Below, in pieces: positions 1-15,096 of a stretch of 64,000 nt of DNA. How positions within the stretch are numbered: position 1 is the first letter of the stretch; each line of letters opens with the position of its first letter. A program made the translations under genes and the position numbers. The stretch is from the human T2T-CHM13v2.0 reference genome, Homo sapiens. The DNA lies in NCBI RefSeq assembly GCF_009914755.1, contig NC_060926.1; one strand, written 5' to 3'. The notes beneath the pieces are model-generated. The model saw only the letters and a list, made by a program, of their open reading frames with translations. It was not told where the DNA came from and made no database searches.

Positions 1-746
1 CTCTCTTGGCAATTTTAAGTATAGAATACGTTGTTATTAACTAGTCACCATGTTGCACAATAGATCTCTTGAACTTATTCCTCCTGTTGAACTGAAATTT
101 TGTATTCTTTAACCAACATCTTCCCAATCAACCCCCACTCCCACCCCACTACCAAGCTTCTGGTAACCACCATTCTATTCTGTTTCTAGACTTTTTAAGT
201 TAGACTTTTTAAGATTGCACATATAAGTGAAATCATGCAGTATTTGTTCTGTGCTTAGCTTATTTTATTTAACATAATATCCTCCAGGTTTATCCATGTT
301 TTCACAAATGACTTTTCTTCTTTTTTAAGGCAAAATAGTATTCCAGTATGTGTGTATATTTATATACACACACAACGAAATGTGACATATATATCTCTCA
401 CACACACATTTTCTTTATCCATTCATCCACTGATGGACACTTAGGTTGAACTTAGGTTGATTCCAGTCTTGGCTGTTGTTAACAATGTTGCAATGAACAT
501 GGAAGTGCAGGTATCTCTTTGACACACTGATTTCATTTCCATTGAATAGATACCCAGAAGTGGAATTGCTGGATCACATGGTAGTTCTATTTTTAATTTT
601 TTGTAGAACCTCCATACTGTTTTCCACTATGACTGTACTAATTTATATTCCCACCAATAGTATACAAGGGTTCCCTTTTCTCCACATCCTTGCCAACACT
701 TGTTATCTTTCATCTTTTTGAATAAGAGTCATTCTGACAGGTGTGA
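1..746 (-). mobile_element. L1 (L1MA-like) 3' fragment
   Basis: Antisense L1 3' end/ORF2 C-terminal motifs (ttcatccactgatggacacttaggttga; atacccagaagtggaattgctggatcacatggtagttctattttt). Confidence 0.9.
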
Positions 747-837
747 ACATAGCTTGCTTTTGTATTATGAATCAAGGGATCTTAGGAAGGTCGCCTTCTC
801 ACATTTTCCCCAGAATATCTCCCTTCCACAAACTCAC

Positions 838-874
838 CATAAATGTTTTGTTTCTGAAGTGTCTGACCCAGTAT
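838..874 (-). other. Candidate 37-nt exon of the minus-strand gene
   Basis: Minus strand reads cccactctactag|ATACTGG...CATTTATG|gtgagt: strong donor, moderate acceptor, in frame with the upstream microexons. Confidence 0.35.
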
Positions 875-1939
875 CTAGTAGAGTGGGTATGTGTGAGTAA
901 CTGCAATAATTCTTGGAAAGAACTGAGATGTATGAACTAGATGTCTGTCCTCAAGTCTTCAGAGATACAGATTATCCTCTGGAAACAAAGGGTACCCACA
1001 GTTTTGCCTGGATTGCGCTTTGCAGTTGAGAAAGGGGGTCTTGGTAGAGAAGAGAGCCCATATGGCCTTGATTAAGGTGGGAGCAGATGATGATGGGAGG
1101 AGGTGCTGCTGGTGCCTTAAACACATGTTTACCCTCTCTATTGGGTAATCCAGCTTTGGTCCTGAGGGAGCTACCACACTGATATTCAATGGTATAAAAA
1201 ATAGTAACAGGGATGTGGTTTTCACCCCCACCTCCTCACTATTCCCAAAAGTTGGTCTAATTCTAAAACTACAAATCAGAACAACTCAACATGCAGTCAG
1301 CAACCCCAGGTCACATCCTTAATTCCAAAAGGCTGCAGCTTAGCCCTGTTCAATGCAGCTGTGTTATAGAAATATTTTCTTTAACACTTGTAAACTGCCT
1401 TTTTTCTAGAGTTTCCTTGTTGGTGACCTTATTTTGCCATCCAGTTTCAGTGTAAATGCAGCACGGAAGGGGAGTGGGAGGGATGTCCTAGCCTGAGCCA
1501 AAGCCGGGCTCCAAGCCAGGATACAGATTCGTCTGGGCATGTCTGATGGGCTTGCCAGGAGTATCTCAGCATGAGGGATGGAGGAGGCCCATAGAAAATA
1601 ACATCCTAAGTCAGTAGGTGTGGAGGGATGCATCACAGGTATCAGAATCACCAGGAAAACATTAAAAAATGCGTGTACCCTGCAAACTACACTCCTCATT
1701 CTGGTCGTGTGTGTACATGTGGGAACACTCTAGTGAGGAACCCTGCTTTAGCACCAAAATTGGCCCTAAGAGTTATGCAGATCAGTCTGCACTAGAGGCA
1801 CTGAGAGCTCCGAGAAAACAATGTGGCTTCTGTGCATAGCAAGCGTTCCCAAGCCACTGGCAGTGTGACCTTGCTACGTTGCTGTGAACACCAATAGCTT
1901 CAGTGCCTCAGGTACAGTCTGCACCAGGATGCCTACACT

Positions 1940-2110
1940 AGAAACCATGGACCACTGGGAGTTCAAGAACAGGCTGCAGGGGTCCATGAACTCTGGAAAA
2001 TTACATCAACTTACTGGGTATATGTTTGTATTTCTGGGAAGAGATTCAATAGGTTTTGTCAGATTCTCAAAAAAGAATGTAATCCTCAAAAGGTTGAGAA
2101 CTACTGCCCT
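1940..2110. mobile_element. hAT-Charlie-type MER DNA transposon remnant
   Basis: gtcagattctcaaaa...aaaggttgagaactactg resembles a Charlie/MER terminus. Confidence 0.55.
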
Positions 2111-2435
2111 GGCAACTGCCAAAAACATACTGAGGAGAGCAGATTTTGTAAGATTCTGAGAATGCTATGATGGTAAATCTTGGCCAAAGCCAGAAAAATG
2201 TTGCTTTTTCATCTAATGTGACTTATTTTTACCTCGAGGCATCAGTGACCCGGCAAAACATTCGTTACGCGAAATCGCACCCATCTTATCCATGCTTTAA
2301 GCCCACTTTAAATGCTTCCACCTCCTCCCTAACCCAAATCATTGCTTCCTTGCCTTAACCTTGTGTATCTCCTTTGTAATAATACTTTTTCCCTAGTATG
2401 AGTACATATATCATCTCTCTTCTACAAACTATAAC

Positions 2436-2738
<303 letters not shown>

Positions 2739-2892
2739 TAAGAGTAGGAATTATGTTTTATCCATCTTCTTTCTATCTTACAGTGTCTAGCATAGCACAT
2801 TTACTTAGTTATCATTGGATGAGGAATGAACAAGTCATAAATCCATCCATCTGCCAGACCTTTTTACTCTCTCTACTAAAAACAACTAATCT

Positions 2893-3217
2893 TATTTATT
2901 TATTTTTACTTTTTATTTTATTTATTTATTTTTTTGAGACAGGGTCTCACTCTGTCGCCCAGATCTCAGCTCACTGCAACTTCCACCTCCCAGTTCAAGC
3001 AATTCTCCTGCCTCAGCCTCCTGAGTAGCTGGGACTACAGGTGTGCGCCACCATGCCTAGCTAATTTTTTTAATTTTTTTTATGTTTTTGTATTTTTAGT
3101 AGAGACGGGGTTTTGCCATGTTGCCTAGGCTTGTCTTGAACCTCTGAGCTCAGACAATCTACCCACCTCGGTCTCCCAGAGTGCTAGGATTATAGGCATG
3201 AGCTACTGCGCCTGGCC
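2893..3217 (-). mobile_element. Alu with small internal deletion
   Basis: Antisense Alu; TSD taaaaacaactaatctt/taaaaacaacaaatctt. Confidence 0.95.
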
Positions 3218-4829
3218 TAAAAACAACAAATCTTATTTCCTTGTAAGTTATGTATTTTAAATATATTCCTTATAACCTCCATTGTCCTAGTTCTTTTATT
3301 TACTTATTTACACATCATCCAATGTTTGCCTGCCTTATCTGTTTACTCAGTTGCACGCTGCTTGGAGGAACAGGATCCCATATAAGCCAAACTATGGAAA
3401 CCTACATGCCTCTTGGGAAGAACGCACAGGGCTAACCAACATGTCCGATATCCTGGAGTATGTGCCTCACAGTACAGACACACCACGAGGAAATGTTTCA
3501 TAAAACACAGACAGAACAGAGGCTGGTAGGAATGAAAAAAAAAAAAAACTACTAATGTAGGAATTAAGCAAAAGAGGCAAATCATCAGGTTATGGAACTG
3601 GGTTGCAGATAAACCAAATGAAGAGAAGCCTGAACCTGTCTGAAGGAGAGGGCCGATAAGGCGGCCCAGCCTCAGGGGGTAGAGCTCAGCAACAGTTCAG
3701 AGCTTTGGCATTGGCCCTGTGCAGGTTTTGCAGGAGCTGCCAGGTTTTTTCTAACCCTATTACCATATTTGGTTTGTTCCATATTTGTGTCAGGCTTTTC
3801 CTGTGTTCAAAAAGACCTGACTGCCGCTATTACATGTAAAATGTTAAGAAAATCATTTTATGTACTCTGTTTTCAAAGTAGAACACAGAGTATTTTTAAA
3901 CTGATCCGAGCACATTCCTGATTATCAAAGCAGCAGAGGCACAAAGATAGGGTGGCTTTCTTCTCTTTTTCTCCTTTTCTTCACAGTTTACTATTTGTTA
4001 CTTACATATCCACTCACATATCAACACACCCTTAGTTCTGTACAATCAGTGTCTCCAAAGGTCAATATGATCTTGGCGACCATTTCAGCTTACTGACTGA
4101 ATTGTATTACAGCATGATTATACACAAGATGTTGATTAACTGATAATGGGCAGAGTCATAAATGTCAGGCCAACCATTCCACAGGCAAGGGTCAATGCAA
4201 GTGGTACAAGGCTACACCATTTAGTGGCTACATGGATAGTAGCTTAGCTAGTGATTCTAAATACACCACAACTACACAGAGATCAGCCCTAGGACTCAGG
4301 GTGATTTTAGAGTGAATGCAGTTAGGTAAGTCAGATAATCTCACATTGCTCATTTAGCTTATCATAAGTTTATTTATTTGTCATTCAACAAGCAGGTATG
4401 GAGTGCCTATGTGTGGAAACCATCATTAAATGGAACAAAAGTCCTACCTATTAGAATGAAGTTTACATTCCAATAGAGAAGAGTCCCACGTGGGCATCAT
4501 CTGTCAATCCTGTGGTAGTTGTGCATTTTCTCTAAGTCTCAATTCTTGGAGGTTATTACCTTGCTTGTCCCTGGTATTTGTATCTCTGCGCCCCAAATGA
4601 CTTTGTTTTCAGCACCTTGGGTATTTGGAGAAGTAGGGTCTCTGCATTTCTGGGCCCCAGGTCCAACCCAATCCTCTCTTATGTGTTAAAGAGGCCCCTT
4701 TCCTTACTACCTCAGGGGCTTCTTAAGCTCTTAGGCCTCGGCCTTTAGGGGCTTGTTAGGCTCTGGCCCTCAGGGATCTCTGACTTCTCCCAGAGACTTC
4801 TAGGACAGAGGCTGAGAAAATATGAGTGG

Positions 4830-4960
4830 GTCCAGCTTAACCCACTTACTTCCTAGATGAGGAAACTGAGACCAGAAAAGCAAAGTGACTTGCAAGTGTC
4901 ACACAGAGAGATGTAGATGTGTCTGTCCCCTGCTTCCTTCCTCTCAGCCTAGTGCTTTTC
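4830..4960 (-). mobile_element. MIR fragment
   Basis: MIR core: agatgaggaaactgag...aagtgacttgc...tcacacag. Confidence 0.75.
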
Positions 4961-5481
4961 TGTCACATTAGATGACATGCCCTGTGAGGTCTAACAGAAG
5001 TGCCAAAGGTGGCTGAAGAACAGAAGTGACTACAGCAGGATGCGTGATCAGACAGAGCTCATGCTTAAGAGTACAATAGAGAGGACTGATTTCTTGTTAG
5101 ATGGGAAATCTTGAGTACTTTGGTATCACATCTTCTTCATCACCCCAAACAGGATGAAATCAAGGCAAGGAAGCTGGTGTTGGGTGTCCTGAAAGCTGCT
5201 GCAGATATAGGCCAGGCAATAGTTAAGTTAGAATTTAAAAAACTTTGTTCCATCAACTCATCCATTTATATGCTTTCGTAATTGTTTACCCAGTTTACTA
5301 GGATGAGCCAATTTCGAAAGGGTCCAATGTTGTCACAGCTGGGCTGGACTATGCTAAGAGGAAAGAATTTTTCTAGATCTCATTCAATATTGGGACCAGG
5401 AACAACAGCTGCCTGAGCCAACAGTTCTGATGAATATGGGACAGAGAGAACTGAAACCATGGGAAGCTTAAGCTTGCTTAC

Positions 5482-5495
5482 CATCTGAGAAAACC
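5482..5495 (-). other. Candidate 14-nt microexon
   Basis: Minus strand reads gttttaaattttgttag|GGTTTTCTCAGATG|gtaagc. Confidence 0.45.
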
Positions 5496-5639
5496 CTAAC
5501 AAAATTTAAAACTTTAATAAGAAACCATATGATCCAAGATACCGACACTCATTAGCTTTCAACTGTCCTTACCAATGAATCCATTAGCAATTAAACAAGA
5601 CCATGGGTTTCGTGTTAGATTTAATTTCTTCAGGGTACC

Positions 5640-5810
5640 AGTTTTATGGCTTGGGGCAAGTTCCTTAACTTTCCTGAGGCTTTTCTACCCACGAAGTGGA
5701 GATAATAAAACTTCTCTGATCTTCCTCTCTAGGTTTGTGAAAATTAAATAAGCAAGCATATGAACACTTTTTATAAACTGTACAGCACTGTAAAATTTTA
5801 ATTATCATTA
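5640..5810 (+). mobile_element. MIR fragment
   Basis: ttggggcaagttccttaactttcctgaggc...ggagataataa. Confidence 0.65.
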
Positions 5811-5867
5811 TCAATTAGCATTTAACTATAAAACTTCCTTAATTAAGCTCAATTTTAAATTTAGTAA

Positions 5868-6338
<471 letters not shown>

Positions 6339-7001
6339 TAAAAAGAGAGCCACTAGGGTGAGTTTGTTTTACACACTTTATGGAGCAGATAACGTATTGT
6401 TTACTCAATTGCTGAGTTCTGGAGGAGAACTCCAATCTGAATTCTACTCAGTATTAGCTACCTATCCTTCAGGGCCTCACACTTGGATGACTTAAGAAAA
6501 TCTTGTTCCTTCAAACCCTGTACTTTTATTTTTTACCACGGAAATGTTTATTCCTCTGTCCCAAATTGCATGAAAACCTTCTTTGCTGAGATAAGCAAAG
6601 CTTTGCCACTTTTGGTAGCTTTAATCAAAAACTGATTCTACAGATTTGGCTGCCCAGACAAGTTGACTGATGGAAAGATATTTATTAACATGCACAGGAC
6701 TGAGGGATACCTGTACAATGTAATAATTCTTAAATCCACATCTGCCAACCTTTAAGGCATAATTAACGTTGTTTTATTTTTATTTTTTATTTTCAAAACT
6801 GTACCCTGTACAACACCGCCCTTGGGTGTTAGTGGAGAAAATGAACACATTGTAACAAATAAAATATTACAGAACAATAATAGTTTTCACTAATAAAAAT
6901 GAGAACCCATTAAACAGTCTTATTGCCAAACTGCTGGGGGAGAAGCAAAGTCCTTTAACCACTAAGACTGGGACACAGTAGAAACAAACTCTTCCAAGCA
7001 A

Positions 7002-7263
<262 letters not shown>

Positions 7264-7438
7264 TTAGGAACAAATGATTTCCCAGCCAGACCTACAAAAG
7301 GTTCTTGAGTACGGTAATGAGCCAGAACTGCCTTGATGACTGCAGATGGGTCAGGTCTTATTTGATGCTTAAGTGGTATAGTCCAACTTTAAATCTCTAA
7401 CTGAAGACTTCCCTGTTTAACTTTCCCACCAGACTTAC

Positions 7439-7461
7439 CTGATGTTATCGCTCTCATTTTC
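7439..7461 (-). other. Candidate 23-nt microexon
   Basis: Minus strand reads ggccttttcctatttag|GAAAATGAGAGCGATAACATCAG|gtaagt, with consensus acceptor and donor. Confidence 0.55.
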
Positions 7462-8435
7462 CTAAATAGGAAAAGGCCTATATTATTTTAAAACTTAAAT
7501 AAAACTAATCTAGTCCATATATACAAATCACAACAGTGACTGAGAACATATATTATAAACCAATGCACGCATACATACAAATACACACACACACAGTATA
7601 CACACACACTCAAATGTGTATATCCATGAACTTACAGGCCCTTCCGAATATCTGACAAACATAATAATCTACTGGCCAAAATACAGAGCCAGTCCACTAG
7701 GCGTCCTTAAAATAAGAGTGTATTCTAGTTTTTCTTCAAGCCTCTACAAAGTTTTGCATTGCTATCAAAATATTTTTGGAAATTCTGTAATGTTTCTCCT
7801 TTTCCCTTGGCTTCTTATTTCTGGCAAGGACTAAACCCCAAAATATCTTTCCTCTGGGACACTGAAATAACTGTCCCAACGCAGCTGCCAGAGCTATAGC
7901 TATTCAGAGATTTGAGACAGATTTCCAAGGAAGGCCACTTGTAATTTTAATTGTTTGAGTCAAAAGACCAACTTTCTGAGATGTTCAAAGAACAGGTGTA
8001 TGAGAATTTTTAGTCTTTCTGGATGCTCTCATTTTCGTTCATGATTCTATCTGCTGTTTCACTTCTGTTTCATCCCTCCTTTTGTCTTCATCCCGCCCAT
8101 CCTCTGGGTTTTATTTTAGACCTAGAAAAAAAGTCAGCCACCCCCCTCCCTCCCAGTGCTCTGAAGTAGTATTTCTCCTCTGCCGACTGCTCAAAAACTT
8201 TCTTGCTGTAATGATGCCACAGAATTGGGGTCTTTGTACCCAACATCACCTCCCTCAAGTTTAGGCCAAGGAAGAGGGTGTATCTGGTAGATAAAGGGAG
8301 GAAGCAAGCTGTCTCTGCCAACAAGCACAGCTGCTTGACCAGCCCAAACTGAGAGGCTTCCTGCAGATGAATAAGGTTCAGACCCATCACACAGCACACA
8401 GGAGACTTTCCTGTGCTTATGCCCAAGCTACTCAC

Positions 8436-8458
8436 CTTTAGGTCGGTGCTTCTCATCT
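8436..8458 (-). other. Candidate small exon containing an ATG (MRSTDLK)
   Basis: Minus strand reads aactctcag|AGATGAGAAGCACCGACCTAAAG|gtgagt: consensus donor but weak acceptor, so the 5' boundary is uncertain. Confidence 0.45.
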
Positions 8459-8520
8459 CTGAGAGTTGTTTTTAAAAATATCTTTGTCAAAAAAAATGTT
8501 TTAAACAAAACCTTTATTTA

Positions 8521-8618
8521 GACCCATTGAACCAAATCTCTGGGCCTCGGCCTGAGCGTTGCAATTTTTTTAACAGCTCCCAGATGATTCTATTGTGCAG
8601 CAGGGTTAAGAACCACTG
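8521..8618. mobile_element. MER5A (hAT-Charlie) fragment
   Basis: tttttaacagctcccagatgattct...gggttaagaaccactg. Confidence 0.8.
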
Positions 8619-9087
8619 ATTGAGATTCCGCTTGTGGAAGTTATCCAACCCCGAGCTTACTCCCTTCCTTCCAAATACACCCCAGGAGATTCCTCTGCCT
8701 GTTCTCACACTAAAGATTTCTGGGAGCCAGGAAATAAAATAAGGCGGCCTAGGGAATGCAGTTAGTTTTAGAAAAGAAGAGGGTTGAAAAGAGAGGGGGT
8801 GCCACGGAGTGGAGGAGGCTGTGTTTGTGGCTCTCTCCCTACCCCTCTGTGGATGTGGGCTGCACACAGCTGGTGTAGATAAGGCTACCACCTCTCTCGA
8901 GGACTGGGCCTCCGAGGATTTGAGGATGAGATACTATAAGTGTCAGCATGCTCAGTTTCTTTCCTGCTGGGGTGGGAAAAGGGAAATCATAAGTGCTGGA
9001 GGATGCTGGAGACTCGAGAACTGTGATGCAGAGACTCTAGGGAGAAGAACATGATCCCCAGCCAGCAAAGGACAATTTAAAAATTAA

Positions 9088-9368
<281 letters not shown>

Positions 9369-11198
9369 TTAAGTCCCACCCATGCCAAATTATTAGGATA
9401 CAGTAACGAATATGATTTTCCATGCAGAACCCAGCTTGAGAGCCACAAAGCTACTGCACTGACGCATCCACAACGGCCAGAGACTCTGCTAGCCGAGGAG
9501 GAAGCAGCTCTCAGAGCCCAACCCACATGGTCCCTTCAGACCCTCCAACTGTTCTCCATGCAGTTAGGAAAGAATAAAGAAGTCCCCTCTTGGGGTCCAG
9601 AGCTTAAACGAACCCCCAGAAATTCTAGACACCCCCTGGTTGCTTAGGCAACTGGTGGGCACCATCCAACACTTCCAGGCCAGTGACTCTGCTGGGAGAG
9701 TGGCTTGCCCTGCTGCTTAGCTTTTGCTCAGAGAATCCTGGCTCTCTGCCTGCCTGCCTCTGGCACGTTCACAGCTGCTGTTGCGCTCTTGGCTTATTCT
9801 GTCTAGAGGTCTCCCTGCCTCCACCCCTCTTTTTTCCCCCCCTTTCTCCCCAGATGTCTCAGTGTTTATGTGGGAAAGCATGTTCGTAGAGCCTGTTAGA
9901 GACTTTCGAAGTCATGCCTTCCCCTGCAGCTTTGGGAGTCCACCACGTCTAAGTAATGTGTAAAGGGGACTGAACAGGAAGGTGTATTTTGCATTCTCTG
10001 GGTAGAGTTGCTAAATGCAACTCTGGGTTTCCCCTGGCACCGTTCTCTGATTCGTGAGCATCCAAAACTCAGGTCCTTGCCCTCAGAACAACCAGCCAGA
10101 TTAATGCAGACGTGCAATATGGCTGAGTTCCAGCTATGGAGGAGCAAGGGTGTTTTACATTTTCTTGTCCAGTGAAAATCCTCCCCATTCTCACAACCTT
10201 GGTGCCTCCAATTTAATGATGTTCCATTACCTGGAATTTGGGGTGTGTTTCTCTTCTTTTTTTCCAAAAGAAATTCAAGCAAAGACCAAATGCAAGTGAG
10301 TGATCTCAGATAATGAACTGCCAGGGCTTGTGCCAGATGCTGTCCCACCGTCAAACCAGCATGCGTCAGTCCGTGCTGGTCACCACAGCTTCTTACTGCA
10401 GTCAAGCCAGCCAGCCCAACTCCCCTGGGGCTGGGAGGGCCCTTAAAGCTTCAGGATAATATTGGCAAATGTGTGCACCTCCCAGCTTTAAGAACAGTTT
10501 TGTTTTGTTTTTTTAAATAAAATTAATTCATGCAATCTACTGCATTTGCACTCCAATCCAATAGTCAGACCAGGACACGCCTGAAAGGCTGAATCTGATG
10601 TAGCTTCAAAAGGTGTCAGAGCAATCACATACCTAGGATGGGGAGCGTGACTGCCCTAAAGGTAAATCTTCCTCCTGGAGGAAACTGGCAGGAAATACCC
10701 TGCCTAGAACAAATACTCCTGCTGCAGGGATTTCTTGCCATTTTCATTTTTAGAAACCAGAAAAACATGAAATGTGAAAAGGGCCCCAGTTCTAACCATC
10801 TTACTCATACCTGGCCACAAACAAAACTAAGAAATGGGCCAGGAAGGTAAGTCCAGGTTTTCAGCCCATATCTGCACCAAAGGCAAGGACCCAATCAGTG
10901 CCACCCTACTCCTCAGCCCAGGGTAGACTAAAGCCGCTCTGGGGCACACGCATTACTGAAATCTCTTCATACAGGACAGCAGAGCAGAGCAATCAGAGAA
11001 GTATGTCATGGAGTCAATATAATAATCATCACAATAATAGTAATGGCCACTAGGATTCTTGTCCTACTTCTACTCCTTATAGGCTTCGTGACCTTGGGCA
11101 AGTCATTTACCGTTTCTCTTTGTTCACCTGTAACATTGTAACATTGTCATAATTATCCGTTCTGCCCTTGTCCCAGGCTGGTCTTAAGAACAGGATGA

Positions 11199-11493
<295 letters not shown>

Positions 11494-12619
11494 TGAACTG
11501 GACGAGATTGTAGGATTAAAGTTTTTTTGAAAAGAAAAAGTTCATTTGTAACCTATTTAGAATATTTATTCTTATTAAGACTACTTAACACCAAATAAGT
11601 ATTTCAAAAGATACCACACCTAAATATCATACCTATGGACAATATCTTAGTTATCTACTGATGACTAAATATGCAGAATTTGGTGGGTGCATCTGCCATG
11701 TTGTATTTTTCTTGTAATATTCCAAACTGTTACTGGAGATATGCAAATAGCCTCACTGCATAAAACCCATGACCATGGCATTTGCTAAAGTGGGCTTCTA
11801 CCTCGTGGTGTGGTGTAGTTTCAAGGGTCCCTGAGGAGTGCTCTGCACAACTCTGAGTGGGTGGTACAAGTCTTTAACTAGACCACATAAAAATTATATA
11901 TATTCTCATGGAATGCAGCTATCTCTATGATTTGTGAGTAGGCTGCTCAATGAGTTCAGAAAAACATTTCCCTTCAGCTCCAGCTGGCAAGATGTCAAGA
12001 TTGAAAAACATTTTCTAGCTCTCCTTCTTGCCCCAATTGGGATAGATGACCCTAATTCTCACCACCCCATTTCCTTAAGCCATTAGCAGTGATTGAATCT
12101 CTGCCCATCCCAGTGAGCCTCATACAGATGATTTTAATGCACAGAAGCACCCATAATAGAGAGAACTATGTTGTGAAACTTCAAATTTACTTTTAATTCC
12201 ATCTTTGACAGACCAAATTGAAGCCGTGGGTTATACTTTGATATGGCCACTTAACGCTATCTAGAAATTCATGCCCCCTCCAGTTTGTAAAAGTTTTCCT
12301 CTCCTATTAGCCTCAGATTAGATAGAGGCATCTCCTTTTCTATCTTAATGGCTTTCAGTTCACAGAATGAGTTCATCTGGCCTGGGAGAGGGTATAGAAA
12401 GAACAGCCAGAAGCTGGTATCCCTGAGGAACTGGGGATCCAATAGGAGAGATGAGACAGTGAAGTGTCCTCTTACTGGGCATGCATTCACTATGCATTTG
12501 TTAAGTACTACGGAGCAAGGAAGGAGTTTCAAGAGACACACAAATACATCACAAGCAAAATTCACTCGTTCTTAATTAGCCAGGCATCATTTATTCTGCT
12601 GTAAGTTTTTAGAGAAAGA

Positions 12620-12830
12620 AAAGTTAATAACAGCAATATCACTATTGATTATCTCTCTTTATCCTCACAACAAATCCATGAGGTACCTATGATCCCGATT
12701 TTATAGATGAGGTAATGGGAGGCTTAGAAAGATTGGGTACGTTGCCCAATATTCCACAAGTATTCGGTGGCAGAGCAAAATTCTCACACTAATTTATCTG
12801 ATTCCTAAGCCTTTACTCTTAACCAGTACA
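12620..12830 (-). mobile_element. MIR
   Basis: atcctcacaacaaatccatgagg...ttttatagatgagg. Confidence 0.8.
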
Positions 12831-14269
12831 CTTGGCTGCCTTGCAGAGTCAGGGAACCATTGAGAAGTTGAGGTTTGAATTGGCTCTTGAAGGCAGTCTA
12901 TGGTTTGGATCACCTTGGATTGAGGTAAAAGGAGAGACATTCAAATTGCCTAGATTATATCCCCAGAGCTTGAAACACTGCCTAGTATATGGTAGGAGCT
13001 CTATATCTACTGAATGAATGAATGGGTGGATGGATGAGAAGAAGCATCAATAGAGTCATAGAGATGGGGTCAGAATCATGGAGATGGGACCAGGATGGAG
13101 AGCAAGGACTGGGAAAGGGAAAATGAGAGCCTGGAATGGAAAGAGGAGTCAAGAGACCAGTTTGAAGCACAGTGTTCATTCTGGTTGGGAGTAGGAGCTC
13201 AGGTCACCTAAACCTGATGGACCACTTGATGGAAGGCTTAGGACACTAGGGTGAGAAGTCTGGATTTCGTTCTATGGATTGTTGTCAAGTTAATTTCTAA
13301 AGAGATGCCCAATAAGGTGAAAGCCATGAATTAGAAGGATTAATCTGGTTCTGACATGCAGTGGGGGCTAGAAGTGGAGGGACCAGAGACCACGGGACTA
13401 GACAATGAGTGTATTGATCAGGTGAGAGCACAGGGGAACATGCCTGGGAGGACCTGGGGAGCTCTGATTGGTAAGCCAGGGTAAGAGTCAAACACAGACT
13501 TGTGTCTTCGTTAAAGAGACAAGAGAATTGGGCATCCAATTATGACTGAATCACTTACAGCAAGTAGAGGACAGCAGGGAAACATGCAAGCTATCTTCCT
13601 CACAAGAGCACCTGGATACAGAGATAATTTGAAAATATTCAGCTCAGTCTCACTACACAAATAATTACTTTGAAAAATTTTTGGTCATCAAGTCAAAGGA
13701 ACCAGCCACTGGTCTAAGCAAGTGATTGCAAATGCTTTTAATGATCTTCACTGGCCTAGAGAAAAAAACCCTCAAATTAGAGCAGTTCCTTTCTCAAACT
13801 TAGGTGCATCCTCTTGCTAATAAGAGTCAAGATCCGTAAGGCAGCCCTTACATGGAAACTTCCCCAGCCACATGGCAAACTTTGGTGAGAACAATGGCAG
13901 AGTGCACTACTTTTTGGGAAGTGCCACAGTGAGTTCAGCACCAGGTACACAGAAATGAGTGGTTCACAAATATATGCTGCCTTGACTTACTAGTAACTGA
14001 GAGAGCTTCCTCCGTATGTCCTAAACAAAGTTGACACTTAGCTGCTTCCATAAACGCTCAAAGAATGACTGGAACCCCAAACATTTGTGTTCCAACACCA
14101 GTACTCAGACTATACTTTGATCACATACACCCACAGGGATTTTGTCTTTAAGAAATGCACCTAAAAATAATAATAATAAAAATAAAAGGAAATGCACCTT
14201 AGGGTTGTTGGATATTGGTAGTGTTCTATGATCTGAAGAGGATTTGAAAGTGCAGATATTTAGATGTCC

Positions 14270-14570
14270 ATCCAATCATTCAACAAATGTTTACTGTGTG
14301 CCTACTACAAACCAGGCACTGTTTATGGCACTAAAAATATGTCAGTGAATAACACAGGCAACCCTGCCTTTGCGGAGGTTACCTTCTAGTAGAAGGAGAC
14401 AGATAATAGCTAGCAAATGTAACAAATAAGTAAATTCGTAGGTTGGAAAGTGATATGTGCAATGAAGAAAAGCAATAGAGTGTAGAGGCTGCGTGTGATA
14501 TCACAATTTTAAATAAGATGGTCAAAGTAGGCATTGATTGAGATGTGACATTGATGAAAGACCTGAAGGA
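14270..14570 (-). mobile_element. L2 3' fragment
   Basis: cattcaacaaatgtttactgtgtgcctactac...ccaggcactg. Confidence 0.8.
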
Positions 14571-15050
14571 GACAAGTGTCTATGTTGCTACTTATACTTA
14601 CATTTAAAGTCCTTCCTAAAACTTCAGACTTAAGGCAAAACCAATGCATCAGCTTATATCTGGTATAAGCAAAGTTGGGGACTTGCCCTCTTATCATGAA
14701 ACTAATCAGACACATATTTTATCCACTTGCATTTAACAACAAAAGCCATTAGAAAACCTAATTTTCTGAGGCAGAATGTGTTAAAATACCAACCCCCAAA
14801 TCCTTTTGGTGTAACAAAGCTCCCCTTGTAAAAACTCTGGCCCTACTTGTTGGTGCCACTCTCTCTCAGGTACCATTCTTTCTCTGAAGACAACAATAAC
14901 AACTGCTCTCTTATCAAGATTAAAAACAGAAACCAAATTTTTGTTGGTGATAAACAGCCAACAGCTAGTCTAAGCATTAATCCAGTAGTGTATGAATAAG
15001 TTATGAAAATTCTCTTTGCCAGAAAAACAATCAACTGTCTCACTGCTCAC

Positions 15051-15096
15051 CTATCAGCCTTTATTTCCTACTAGGTACTATATTTATGGCTCCTAT
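15051..15096 (-). other. Candidate 46-nt exon (42 nt with the downstream AG)
   Basis: Minus strand reads ttcccaacttctttttttctag|ATAG|GAGCC...CTGATAG|gtgagc; it has stops in all three frames. Confidence 0.45.

Noticed and set aside
1788-1803. CTCF-like tgcactagaggcactg
   Set aside because: Mismatches and an indel in the core make it too weak to call.
3999-4050. Minus-strand segment with two donor-like sites (TAT|gtgagt, TAT|gtaagt)
   Set aside because: Weak acceptor, and it would add an in-frame stop to the microexon chain.
8088-8456. 122-aa ORF starting MRSTDLK
   Set aside because: A consensus donor follows codon 7, so the rest looks like intron read-through.
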